64,000 bases of DNA. Origin: Nannocystales bacterium. GTDB lineage: Bacteria; Myxococcota_A; Polyangia; Nannocystales; Nannocystaceae. Below the pieces are notes generated by a model. That model saw nothing but the letters and a program-made list of their open reading frames with translations, was not told where the DNA came from and searched no databases. Numbering within the stretch: position 1 is the first letter of the stretch; each line of letters starts with the position of its first letter. The DNA is taken from positions 64,001 through 128,000 of the forward strand of contig JBOEGF010000032.1 in NCBI GenBank assembly GCA_050633305.1, written 5' to 3'. Below are positions 19,756-28,505 of the stretch, one piece after another. The position numbers and the translations under genes were made by a program.

Positions 19756-21413
19756 TCCGCGCACGAACGCTTCGCCCCCTTCGCTCGACGATCGCCGCAG
19801 GTCTCGTTGCCGCGCTCGCCGTCATGCCATCGTCGTCCGCGCACGCCACCGTCGGTCCGGCCGCAACCAGCCCAGCGCTGATCGCCGCGCAACCCCTGGC
19901 TCTGCTGGCCTCCGACGCGCTCGACGACGTCGACGCCGCCCTCCTCGCGTGGGACCTGCCTGCCGCACGTGCTGCGATGAAGCGAGCACCAGATACACCG
20001 CAGGCCAAGGTGAAGCGCGGCGTCGTCAAGCTGTATGAGGCCGAGTACACCGAGGCCGAAGCCTTGCTCGCAGAGGTCATCGCCGCGGGCACCCTGCCCG
20101 AGGGCAGCGCGGCGCTCGAGGAGGCCACACACTACCTGGGCTTGTCCCGCGGCGCCCAGACGGCGCTCGATCAGGCGATCGTCGTTCGAAGCGAAGATGG
20201 CAACTTTGAAGCGGTGTTCGCCAGCGATGAAGACGCGCTGTTGGCCCCCTACCTCTTCGACGCCATGAAGGACGCCCGAGAGCGCATCGGGGCGATCATC
20301 GGGGTCGTCCCCGCGCACACGGTCCGGTTCGAGTTCCTCGACTTGGCCACCAAGCTCGCCCTTGTCACCCCGCTCTCCGTCGAGAACATTCGGACCACCG
20401 GCACCGTCGGGGTGACCAAGTACCGCCGCGTCATGATGATCTCGCCGCGGATCATGGTGTACGGCTACGGATGGCTGGACACGGCAGTCCACGAGTACGT
20501 GCACTACGTACTAACAATGCGCACCGACAACCTCGCCCCGGTCTGGCTGCAAGAAGGCCTCGCCAAGCTGCTGGAGACACGATGGCGGCGGACCGATCCC
20601 GAGCCGTTGAGCCCCACCATCGCCTACCGGCTCCATCGGGCGATCGTTGACGATGACCTGGTGACGCTCTCCGAGATGTATCCCTCCGTCGCGATGCTTC
20701 CCAGCGCGGAACGGGCCGCCCTCGCCTACGCCGAGGTCGAAACGATGCTGGGCCTGCTTCACGAGCGTAAGGGCAACGAAGGGATTGCGCGGCTGCTCGA
20801 CAAAGTCGCTGCGGGTGAGGACGCCGAGGCAGCCTTGGCGCACGCGTGGGGAGACGACTTCGAAGCGTTCATGTCGGAGTGGAAGCGCGTCACCAAGGCG
20901 CGCACCGCCAGCGGGGAAGACGGCGAGCTGTCCACGCCCGAGTTCAAGGACGGCAAGCCTGCACCCGAGCAATTCGGAGACGTCTTCTCCGAGCTTGGCG
21001 GGGGCGTCGCCCGCCAGCACGCTCGTTTGGGCGCGCTGCTCCAGGCCCGCGACCACGACCACGCCGCCGCCGCACAGTACGAAAAGGCGCGCAAAGCCGA
21101 CAAGCGGGCCCGCAAGGACCCAACACTGGCGCGGCGACTGGGGCGTCTGTACGTCGACCTCGAGCGATTCGCGGAGGCGGTGCCGCTGTTGGACATCGCC
21201 GCCGCGCTCGACCCCGAGAACGCCAACCTCGCCGCTGCCCAGGGGCGGGCGAGACTTCGCAGCGGAGATCGGGATGGGGCGAGCGAGGCCCTGGACCGGG
21301 CCATCCGCAACAACCCATTCATCCCCACCCTGCACTGCGACCTTGCAGCGCTCGCGCCCACGGAAGCGCGGAAGCTGGCCGAGCAGAAGCTCTGCGATCC
21401 CAAGGCCCGCTGA
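19752..21413 (+). CDS. Secreted peptidase MA-family metalloprotease with TPR repeats
   Basis: Signal peptide; HEYVH...PVWLQEGLA gluzincin motif; TPR-like C-terminus; ATGA overlap. Confidence 0.85.
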   Translation: MIRARTLRPLRSTIAAGLVAALAVMPSSSAHATVGPAATSPALIAAQPLALLASDALDDVDAALLAWDLPAARAAMKRAPDTPQAKVKRGVVKLYEAEYTEAEALLAEVIAAGTLPEGSAALEEATHYLGLSRGAQTALDQAIVVRSEDGNFEAVFASDEDALLAPYLFDAMKDARERIGAIIGVVPAHTVRFEFLDLATKLALVTPLSVENIRTTGTVGVTKYRRVMMISPRIMVYGYGWLDTAVHEYVHYVLTMRTDNLAPVWLQEGLAKLLETRWRRTDPEPLSPTIAYRLHRAIVDDDLVTLSEMYPSVAMLPSAERAALAYAEVETMLGLLHERKGNEGIARLLDKVAAGEDAEAALAHAWGDDFEAFMSEWKRVTKARTASGEDGELSTPEFKDGKPAPEQFGDVFSELGGGVARQHARLGALLQARDHDHAAAAQYEKARKADKRARKDPTLARRLGRLYVDLERFAEAVPLLDIAAALDPENANLAAAQGRARLRSGDRDGASEALDRAIRNNPFIPTLHCDLAALAPTEARKLAEQKLCDPKAR

Positions 21414-21518
21414 GAGGCCCGCAGTTCGTACCCAGACCTACGGCGAGATCGTCAGACGCCCGGCGGAGCGAGGTCCGTCGGGCGTCTGTCGTGAGTCGGT
21501 GTCGAACGCGACCGGGCG

Positions 21519-22703
21519 CTAGGCGACGCCCACGGAACCGTGCGGGGAGTTCACCGCATCCAAGGTGGGGTCCGCACCTGAAACACGGCGCTTCTTCGCC
21601 GCGCGCTGGAAGGTGCCATCGATCTGGCGGAGCAGTCGCCGAAGGCTCTTGCACACGGGTGCCGCCTGCCGGACCAGCACCCCAACCTGAAAGCCGATCT
21701 CGGGGGGTCCGATCCGGTCGATGACCAGCCGGACAGTCCCGACCACGGCTTGAATCTCCCGCCCCGCATCCTCCGTCGGCTGAGCGTCGACGTCAAAGAA
21801 CACGTGCGCCAGTCGGCAAAGAGCTCGAGCCGCGAGGGCTTCGTCGACATCCGACGTGCAGCGACCGGTCACGACTTCGGCATGACGCAGTAAGAACGCG
21901 CCGAGCACGTCCGGTGTCTGGGAGAGGCGCGAGAGTTTCTCCACCACCTCGGGGTATGCGACCGCCACGACCTCCTCGACCGGCTCCGCGTTCCCCCCCG
22001 GGCGCGCCGTGAATCCACGCGCCAACAGACCCTCCCATCGACCCACGATCGTTCGGGCGCACCGGGTCTTGCCCGGCAGCCACGTGGCCTCAGCGTCCAG
22101 CCAACCGAGCATTCCGTGAACCGCCTGCGAGCCGACCAGCTCCCCTGCGGTGGCGTGGATCGGCTGTCCACCATCGAGGTAGATCGTTCCGAAGCGCTCC
22201 GGTCGGTTCGCCGTTTCCGCGCAACGCAGGTGTAGGGCGCCGTGGGCTCCCGCTGCGCAGTGCAGGGTCAACAGCATCGGCGTGGGCACACCGGTCGTCG
22301 TGCCCGAGAACCCCGCATCCGGAGCCGGCTGCCGGAGCAGCTCCTGAAGCTGCTTGGCGCCGAACGGACGTGCGAGCAGTCCGGCGGCACCAAGGTGGCA
22401 GGCGGTGGCGACCCGGTCGTCGTCCAACCGCTCGGCATAGGCGATGACCGGAAGACCAGGAAACCGCGTCTCGATCTCCGCCACGAGTTCGGTCGCAGCA
22501 TCCGACCCGAGGTCCAGGTTCACGACCACAGCGTCGAGCGCTCCTCCTGCCTCAAACACCGAGATGGCCGCCGCGACGCTTGGCACCACCTGGATTGCGA
22601 GCGGTTCGGGGAGCGCCGCGCCGTCCGCACGAAGGCCTTCTACGGACCCTGGGGAGGGGTCGACCAGCAGGATTGGGGTATGGGCGGAGCTGACGTCGTT
22701 CAT
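21519..22703 (-). CDS. Pseudo-receiver + DUF4388 (PATAN) + roadblock/LC7-like protein
   Basis: REC fold with phospho-Asp replaced (VVVNLDL); GTIYLDGGQPIHA...G..AV DUF4388 motif; C-terminal LSQTPDVLGAFLL roadblock-like segment. Confidence 0.7.
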   Translation of the reverse strand: MNDVSSAHTPILLVDPSPGSVEGLRADGAALPEPLAIQVVPSVAAAISVFEAGGALDAVVVNLDLGSDAATELVAEIETRFPGLPVIAYAERLDDDRVATACHLGAAGLLARPFGAKQLQELLRQPAPDAGFSGTTTGVPTPMLLTLHCAAGAHGALHLRCAETANRPERFGTIYLDGGQPIHATAGELVGSQAVHGMLGWLDAEATWLPGKTRCARTIVGRWEGLLARGFTARPGGNAEPVEEVVAVAYPEVVEKLSRLSQTPDVLGAFLLRHAEVVTGRCTSDVDEALAARALCRLAHVFFDVDAQPTEDAGREIQAVVGTVRLVIDRIGPPEIGFQVGVLVRQAAPVCKSLRRLLRQIDGTFQRAAKKRRVSGADPTLDAVNSPHGSVGVA

Positions 22704-22876
22704 GGAGCGGCCTTCGACTCCGTGTATCGGCAGACGGCGCGATCGGTTGAGGCGCTGGGGCGTCCCGACCTCGGCCGTCCCTCAGCACCGGGTTCCGACC
22801 GCGCAGGACCACATCCACATACCCGTTCCCAACGGCCAACCCGCCAACGAACCGAAACGGGACGCAGAGACTGGGC

Positions 22877-22914
22877 GTCAGAGGATTGACCCCAGTGGTC
22901 CAGAGTCGAATGAT
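22877..22914 (+). promoter_or_regulatory. GTCA-N6-TGAC palindrome overlapping a putative sigma70 -35 (TTGACC-N17-AATGAT) of the EBP gene
   Basis: GTCAGAGGATTGAC at 22877-22890; -10-like element at 22909-22914; GTG start at 22921. Confidence 0.4.
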
Positions 22915-22920
22915 CGGTGT

Positions 22921-24513
22921 GTGATTGCGGCCGATGATTCGATCCTTCCGGGGAGCTCCGTCCTTATCGTGGACGACCACGAGCCCCATCGGACGCTTTT
23001 GCAGAACTACCTGACCGCCGTCGGGTGCCAATGCATCGGCGCCGGCGGAGGAACCGAGGCGCTCGAGCAGCTGGGTAAACACGAGTTCGACATCGTGTTG
23101 TTGGACCTGCGCATGGATGACCTCGATGGCATGGAGGTTCTCAAGCGCGCTCGGGCGAAAGGACACACCGCGCCAACGATCATGATGTCCGCTGAGGGCA
23201 CGATCTCCCACGCGGTCGACGCCATTCGGCTCGGCGCGAAGGACTTCCTGGTCAAACCGTTCGAGCTCGAGCAGCTCCACGACACCGTGACCCGTGTCCT
23301 GGGGAGCGGGCGTGGTGGTGCGGCGTCCGGGCCCGACCCGCGAGCGTTGTGGCGAGATGCCCACGCCCCCGGCCTGATCGGGGACCACCCGAACCTGTTG
23401 GAGATATTCCTCGTCCTGGAGCGGATCTCAGGCACGGACTGCACGGTCCTGATCACCGGTGAGTCCGGCACGGGCAAGGAGCTCATCGCCCGGGCGATCC
23501 ACCACGCCTCGGGACGCGCGAAGAACCCCTTTGTCCCGGTCAACTGCGGGGCCATCCCGGAGACGCTCATCGAGAGCGAGCTGTTTGGGCACGCCAAAGG
23601 GGCGTTCTCGGGCGCGACCCAGGCCCGGGAGGGACGGTTTGCGGTGGCCGATGGAGGCACCTTGTTTCTCGACGAGATCGGGGAGATGTCCCTGTCGGTC
23701 CAGGTGAAGTTCCTGCGCGTCTTGCAGGAGCAGGAGTTCGTGCCCGTGGGGGAAACGCGACCGCGGAAGTGCGATGTCCGGATTCTGGCCGCCACGAACA
23801 AGGACCTCGAACAGATGTCCGCCGAGGGGTCCTTCCGCGAGGACCTGTTCTATCGACTGAACCTCATCCCGATCCACCTGCCGCCCCTGCGCGAGCGCTC
23901 GACCGACATCCCCTTGTTGGTCCGCTACTTCCTCGACCGTGATGCGCCCAAACGCCCCCGCCGCGTCGACGAGATCAGCGAGCGCGCGCTTTCGCTGATG
24001 GAGTCCTACCCCTGGCCTGGCAACGTCCGAGAGCTGGAAAACACCATCGAACGCATGGTGTTGCTGCACCAAGGCACCGGCACCCTCGACGTGGGCGACC
24101 TGCCGCCCAAGGTCCGCCAAGGGGCTGCGACCCCTCAGGCTCCGACCAGCCCTCCGGTGGCGGATCGCCCCACCCCGTCCGCGGCCCGCAGCGTGTTGTC
24201 CTTTCCGCTCTCCGCCCCCGCACCCGAGGCCCCGCCGCCGGCCGCCGCCCAAAGCGGCGAATACACCCTCGTACCCGACCCGTCCGAGTCCGTGGTGGCA
24301 CGCCGCGTCGCGACGACGCCGGATGGTTTCTTGCTCCCCGAGAAGGGCCTGAACCTCCGCGAAGCCGTGGAAGCGTTTGAGATGAGCCTGATCCAGCAGG
24401 CACTCGAACGCACGGGCGGCAACAAGAACCAAGCATCGATCCTCTTAGGCATGAACCGAACCACGCTGGTCGAGAAGCTCCGCAAGCGAAAACGAAAAGC
24501 TGGCGGTTCGTGA
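22921..24513 (+). CDS. Sigma54-dependent response regulator (REC-AAA-HTH), FleQ/FlrA-like
   Basis: REC with LLDLRMD Asp; GESGTGKE, GAFSGA, LFLDEIGEM, WPGNVRELEN; HTH LLGMNRTTLVEKL. Confidence 0.92.
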   Translation: MIAADDSILPGSSVLIVDDHEPHRTLLQNYLTAVGCQCIGAGGGTEALEQLGKHEFDIVLLDLRMDDLDGMEVLKRARAKGHTAPTIMMSAEGTISHAVDAIRLGAKDFLVKPFELEQLHDTVTRVLGSGRGGAASGPDPRALWRDAHAPGLIGDHPNLLEIFLVLERISGTDCTVLITGESGTGKELIARAIHHASGRAKNPFVPVNCGAIPETLIESELFGHAKGAFSGATQAREGRFAVADGGTLFLDEIGEMSLSVQVKFLRVLQEQEFVPVGETRPRKCDVRILAATNKDLEQMSAEGSFREDLFYRLNLIPIHLPPLRERSTDIPLLVRYFLDRDAPKRPRRVDEISERALSLMESYPWPGNVRELENTIERMVLLHQGTGTLDVGDLPPKVRQGAATPQAPTSPPVADRPTPSAARSVLSFPLSAPAPEAPPPAAAQSGEYTLVPDPSESVVARRVATTPDGFLLPEKGLNLREAVEAFEMSLIQQALERTGGNKNQASILLGMNRTTLVEKLRKRKRKAGGS

Positions 24514-24740
24514 CGGTCAGCGGGCTCCCGGCCGAGAACGGGACACAGGACCGCCGACCGCAACCGGCGCTTTGACGCTGCGGCAGTTCGCCGGCGTCCC
24601 TCCCCAGGGCCGCCGGTTTTCTCGTTCCGGCGCACGCGCAGGAGCACTGGTCCGGTCGGCGAGATCGGAGGCCACGGGTCGGGCCCGGAGTGCATGTGCG
24701 GCGGCCCGCGTGAGGGCCACCGTCGTTGGCTCTTGGGTCC

Positions 24741-24756
24741 TGGCCCACGGTTTGCA
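24741..24756 (+). promoter_or_regulatory. Sigma54 (-24/-12) promoter of flhG-fliA
   Basis: TGGCCCACGGTTTGCA, with exact GG-N10-GC spacing and TTGCA, 37 nt upstream of the flhG ATG. Confidence 0.75.
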
Positions 24757-24792
24757 CAAGCTGTGGGGTGCGGAACAACCCGCCCCCTCGCG

Positions 24793-25689
24793 ATGAGCCA
24801 AGAAGTCCCCCAGTCCGTCTCCGCGACACAAGACGCCCCCGTCATCCCACTGCATGGTCGGCCTCAGCCCGCCCAAGCACGGGTCGTGGCAATCGCTTCG
24901 GGTAAGGGCGGCGTCGGCAAAACCAACCTCGCCGCCAACTTTGCCCTCGCGCTCGGCCGCCTCGGCGCTCGGGTGCTGGCCGTCGATGCCGACCTTGGGC
25001 TCGCCAACCTCGACATCGTGTTGGGCCTCGCGCCCTCGCATACCTCGCTCGACATCCTCACTGGAGATGTCGACATCGAAGATGTCTTGGTCCCGGCCAA
25101 GAACGACGTCTGGCTGCTGCCCGGATCCCCGGGCAACTACGACGCGAGCAACATCGAGGAACTTCGGCGATACGAACTCATGACCGCGATCGACACCCTG
25201 GACTCCCGGTTCGACACGGTCGTCATCGACACGGGATCCGGGCTGGGTCCGGGGACTCTGGGCTTCTGTGCCGCCGCCGAAGAGGTGTTGCTGGTGATCA
25301 CCCCCGAACCGACTGGGCTTTCCGACGGGCTTGGCATGCTTCGAGCGCTGCAAGCGAAACACGGCGTGCAGCACGTGAAGGTCGTCGCGAACATGGTCGG
25401 CAGTCCCGCCGAAGGTGAAGTGGCGTTTGAGCAACTCCAGACCATGTGCAACAGGTCCCTGGACGTACGCCTCGAGTATCTCGGCGCCGTCCCCTACGAC
25501 CCCAACGTTGGACGCGCCATCATGCGGGGCCAGCCGACGAACGAGGCGTACCCCGACAGTCCTTTTTGCCAGGGCATCGCCCACGTTGCGGACACGTTCC
25601 TGGCATCGACCCAACGCGGAGCGCGACCGGGCGCCTCGCAGATCTTCTGGCGCAGACTGTTGCGCCAGCGAAACCACGGAGGCGAATGA
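24793..25689 (+). CDS. flhG: MinD/ParA-family ATPase FlhG/FleN
   Basis: ASGKGGVGKTN, DADLGLAN, TPEPT, C-terminal amphipathic FWRRLL; coupled to fliA. Confidence 0.88.
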   Translation: MSQEVPQSVSATQDAPVIPLHGRPQPAQARVVAIASGKGGVGKTNLAANFALALGRLGARVLAVDADLGLANLDIVLGLAPSHTSLDILTGDVDIEDVLVPAKNDVWLLPGSPGNYDASNIEELRRYELMTAIDTLDSRFDTVVIDTGSGLGPGTLGFCAAAEEVLLVITPEPTGLSDGLGMLRALQAKHGVQHVKVVANMVGSPAEGEVAFEQLQTMCNRSLDVRLEYLGAVPYDPNVGRAIMRGQPTNEAYPDSPFCQGIAHVADTFLASTQRGARPGASQIFWRRLLRQRNHGGE

Positions 25690-26519
25690 TGAGTGCAGCA
25701 GTCGAGAAACTGATCCCCCGTTCGAGCCAGCCTGCGAGCAATCCTGCCGCACAGGCGGCCAACACGGCACCTGCAGGCTTGCACCGGGTCGACGACGGCG
25801 CTGCGCCAGCCAACGAACGTCCGCCCGCGGTCGACCCCGCGCAGTACATGGAGTTCGTCCGTCGGCTCGCCCGCCGCCTCGCCCGCAATCTCCCCAGTCA
25901 CGTCTCGTTCGACGACCTGGTCGGCGCGGGCATGCTTGGGCTGATCGATGCCAGTCGCCGCTTCGATCCGTCCAAGTCCGACCGCTTCGAGACCTTCGCC
26001 GAGTTCCGGGTCAAAGGCGCGATCCTCGACGAGTTGCGTCGCTACGATCTGATGGCCCGCAACGCGCGACTCGCGACGAAGCGGATCGCCCGGAAAACCC
26101 AAGAACTGACCGCCAAGCTCGGCCGGCCTCCCGTCGAGGAAGAGCTCGCGGCAGGCCTTGGCATGACCGTCGGGGACTACCGAGAACTCGTCGCGCGCGT
26201 AGGCAGCGTACGGATGCTCAGCCTCGACGAGATGAGTCGCAACGACGACGACGGGGGCCGCGGCATGGAGCTTCCGTCTCCGAGCCCCCGACCCGACGAG
26301 CTGAGCATGAAGCGGGAGATGGTCCGGCGGCTCGGTCGTGCCATCGGGAACCTTCCGCCGCGGAAACAGCGCGTGCTCGAGATGTACTATCAGCGGGAGA
26401 TGACGCTGCGCGAGATCGGGCTGGAGCTTGGGGTCACGGAATCCCGAATCTGTCAGATCATGGGCGAGGCCACGGCGAAGCTGCGCACCATGCTCCGCTC
26501 CGACAGTTCACCGCGCTGA
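25686..26519 (+). CDS. fliA: FliA/WhiG family sigma factor (sigma28)
   Basis: LPSHVSFDDLVGAGMLGLIDA, FETFAEFRVKGAILDELR, TLREIGLELGVTESRICQI. Confidence 0.9.
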   Translation: MMSAAVEKLIPRSSQPASNPAAQAANTAPAGLHRVDDGAAPANERPPAVDPAQYMEFVRRLARRLARNLPSHVSFDDLVGAGMLGLIDASRRFDPSKSDRFETFAEFRVKGAILDELRRYDLMARNARLATKRIARKTQELTAKLGRPPVEEELAAGLGMTVGDYRELVARVGSVRMLSLDEMSRNDDDGGRGMELPSPSPRPDELSMKREMVRRLGRAIGNLPPRKQRVLEMYYQREMTLREIGLELGVTESRICQIMGEATAKLRTMLRSDSSPR

Positions 26520-26553
26520 GACCTGCGCGACGGAGCGATGTCACAGTCAAACG

Positions 26554-26573
26554 CGGCCTTCGGGCCGTTTTTT
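26554..26573 (+). terminator. Intrinsic terminator after fliA
   Basis: CGGCC-TTCG-GGCCG (cUUCGg tetraloop) followed by TTTTTT. Confidence 0.8.
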
Positions 26574-26794
26574 CAATGCGCATTTCCCGACTACCGCATC
26601 GAGCCTGTGTCATACTTGTGGAACCACTCCCTCCCACGACCCGTCCGGCCCCGTTCAACTGCGGGACTTCATCCGGCGACGATGGGATACGGCGATGGCG
26701 CCGGCCTGAAAAGGTCGCGAGAACCGACGGACCTGAACCAAGATGAGCAAACGGGAGAAGCCGAATCCTTCGACCGACCCCTCGGGAGACGCAA

Positions 26795-27040
26795 ATGCTG
26801 ACACTCACGCGGAAGATCGGACAGAAGATACTCATCGGCAACGGAATCGAGATCGTCGTCCGGGAGGTCCGGGGACGGCAGGTCCGGCTGGGAATCTCGG
26901 CGCCGGCGGGACTGCCGGTGTACCGGGAGGAGCTGTACCAGGGCATCGCGGACGAGAACATCAAGGCGTCGAAGACGCCGACTCCGGACGAGCTGTCGCG
27001 CCTCTTCGCGCAGTGGAAAGTACTCGCTTCGGGCGAATAG
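26795..27040 (+). CDS. csrA: Carbon storage regulator CsrA (long C-terminal, FliW-type)
   Basis: MLTLTRKIGQKILIG...QVRLGISAP...VYREELY; R44 and N55 present; GGGAG RBS. Confidence 0.95.
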   Translation: MLTLTRKIGQKILIGNGIEIVVREVRGRQVRLGISAPAGLPVYREELYQGIADENIKASKTPTPDELSRLFAQWKVLASGE

Positions 27041-27450
27041 AAGTTCCGCAGGCGCAGCTCATCACACTCCCGATGGGCTTGCCCGGCTTCCCGGAAGCCA
27101 AGACGTTCGTCCTCATCGACGGACACAGCGACAACCCGTTCCGATGGCTTCAGGCCTTCGAACGGCCCGACCTCGCGCTGATCGTCATCGATCCGCTCGA
27201 AGTCGCGCCCGACTTCCCGCTCGACCTCGTCCGGCGCTCGGCGTCTTTCGCTGGGATCGATCCTGACGAGGACCTGGTCGTGCTCGTCGTCTGCACGGTC
27301 GCGCAAACCGAAGAGCCCACCGCAAACTTCCTCTCGCCGATCGGCATTGGGAAACGATCGCGGCTCGGAGCGCAGGTCGTCGTCCACGAATCCGGCTTTG
27401 GCTCGCAGGAGAGATTTCTTCACCTGCTCGCAGCCCCAGACCGCGCGTAG
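27013..27450 (+). CDS. fliW: Flagellar assembly factor / CsrA antagonist FliW
   Basis: STRFGRIEV, GLPGFPE, PFRWLQA, TANFLSPI; GTG start overlapping the csrA end (start approximate). Confidence 0.88.
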   Translation: MESTRFGRIEVPQAQLITLPMGLPGFPEAKTFVLIDGHSDNPFRWLQAFERPDLALIVIDPLEVAPDFPLDLVRRSASFAGIDPDEDLVVLVVCTVAQTEEPTANFLSPIGIGKRSRLGAQVVVHESGFGSQERFLHLLAAPDRA

Positions 27451-27491
27451 TCGCGGTCCAAACCCGGACGTGCCCACCCGCGGCCGCCGAG

Positions 27492-27534
27492 CCCACGACA
27501 GTCGCAGCACCAATGTGCTGGCGGTTGTCGCGGG
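27492..27534 (+). terminator. Long hairpin downstream of fliW (terminator/stabiliser-like)
   Basis: CCCACGACAGTCGCAGCAC-CAAT-GTGCTGGCGGTTGTCGCGGG, about 18 bp with G-U pairs; no clear U-tract. Confidence 0.45.
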
Positions 27535-27845
27535 ATCTTGCCGTCCGGCCGACCGTCAAATGCACCGGTCAACCGGATCGCCATGAATTCGGCGATCGTC
27601 AGCGTCCCGGGGGCCCGATCGCCATCGTCTCGTCGATCGTCGAGCTGATGGCGTCCGACGTCCAACCACCGCAACGCCGAGGACTCGACACGTGTGTACC
27701 TGTCGGTGTCGCAAGCGCCAGTGGCCCAGGATCGGCGCGTAGCCCAGTCAAGGACGCCTTCACAGGCAGTTCGTCCCCTCCCAGCGAGCAAAAGACGAAA
27801 CGGAGCCCACGTCAAATAATCGGCTCGTTCGCGCGAGCGCAGGGT

Positions 27846-27861
27846 TGGCACGCTTCGAGCA
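27846..27861 (+). promoter_or_regulatory. Putative sigma54 promoter of the HATPase-like/DGC operon
   Basis: TGGCACGCTTCGAGCA: perfect -24 TGGCACG and correctly spaced GC; -12 is GAGC rather than TTGC. Confidence 0.6.
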
Positions 27862-27898
27862 ACTAGTGTTCTCGCCTACCGATTCTTCGAGGACCGCC

Positions 27899-28498
27899 AT
27901 GCATCTCGTAACTACTCCCTCCGTCACCACTCCCGTCCGCGTCCTTCCCTTCAACGGTGCTTGTCGAGGTGAATCCGCGAACGACTCTGGATTGATGACA
28001 CCGCAGACCCGTACCCATCAGGTGAACATGCTCGTCGCCGGGTTGGTCGGTCGGGTCGCGGCTCGTGTGCAGTCCAAGAGCGTCAACATCGCCCTACGGC
28101 TTGCGCCCGGCGACCCGGCGGTGACGACCGACCCCGGCGAGCTCTCCTTCGTCATCGGAGCCGTCCTGGGTGCTGCCCTGCGGATCGTCGAAGAGGAGCG
28201 CGGTGAATACGTGGGAGTGCATGTCTCCGCGGCCCGCTCGAAGGTTCGTATCTCGATCACGACCGACGGCGTCCCACCGCTGCGCTTCGTTCGAGCACTC
28301 GACCCCCGTGGCACCAGCGGCGATGTCGACCCCACCCTCGCCCACTGCCGCCGGCTCGTCGAAGCACGCGGCGGTGCGTTGGTGCTGACCGAAGAAGATG
28401 GACGCCTCGGCTTCGCACTCGAGCTTCCCCGCGCCGTCCTCTCCCCCGGAATCCGACTCGTCCCCGGGCTCGCCGAATCTGTCCGCGAAGCTGCGTGA
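27899..28498 (+). CDS. Degenerate histidine-kinase-like ATPase (HATPase_c fold) without DHp
   Basis: GAGGA RBS; TDPGELSFVIGAVLGAA (N box without Asn), TDGVP, CRRLVEARGG...FALELP. Confidence 0.65.
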   Translation: MHLVTTPSVTTPVRVLPFNGACRGESANDSGLMTPQTRTHQVNMLVAGLVGRVAARVQSKSVNIALRLAPGDPAVTTDPGELSFVIGAVLGAALRIVEEERGEYVGVHVSAARSKVRISITTDGVPPLRFVRALDPRGTSGDVDPTLAHCRRLVEARGGALVLTEEDGRLGFALELPRAVLSPGIRLVPGLAESVREAA

Positions 28499-28505
28499 AC
28501 GAACC

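Noticed and set aside
22921..24513. EBP as a c-di-GMP-binding FleQ orthologue; GAFSGA as an inactivating change
   Set aside because: FleQ c-di-GMP motifs as I recall them (LFRS, RN, ExxxR) are not retained and the receiver has a normal Asp; Thr-to-Ser in GAFTGA is a tolerated variant
26574..26794. Sigma28 promoter and clustered CsrA sites in the csrA leader
   Set aside because: No TAAA-N15-GCCGATAA match at correct spacing; GGA count only modestly above chance for this GC
26743..27012. N-terminal extension of FliW, or a CsrA-FliW fusion
   Set aside because: The extension is an alternative frame of csrA; FliW similarity begins at about 27013 and csrA has its own stop
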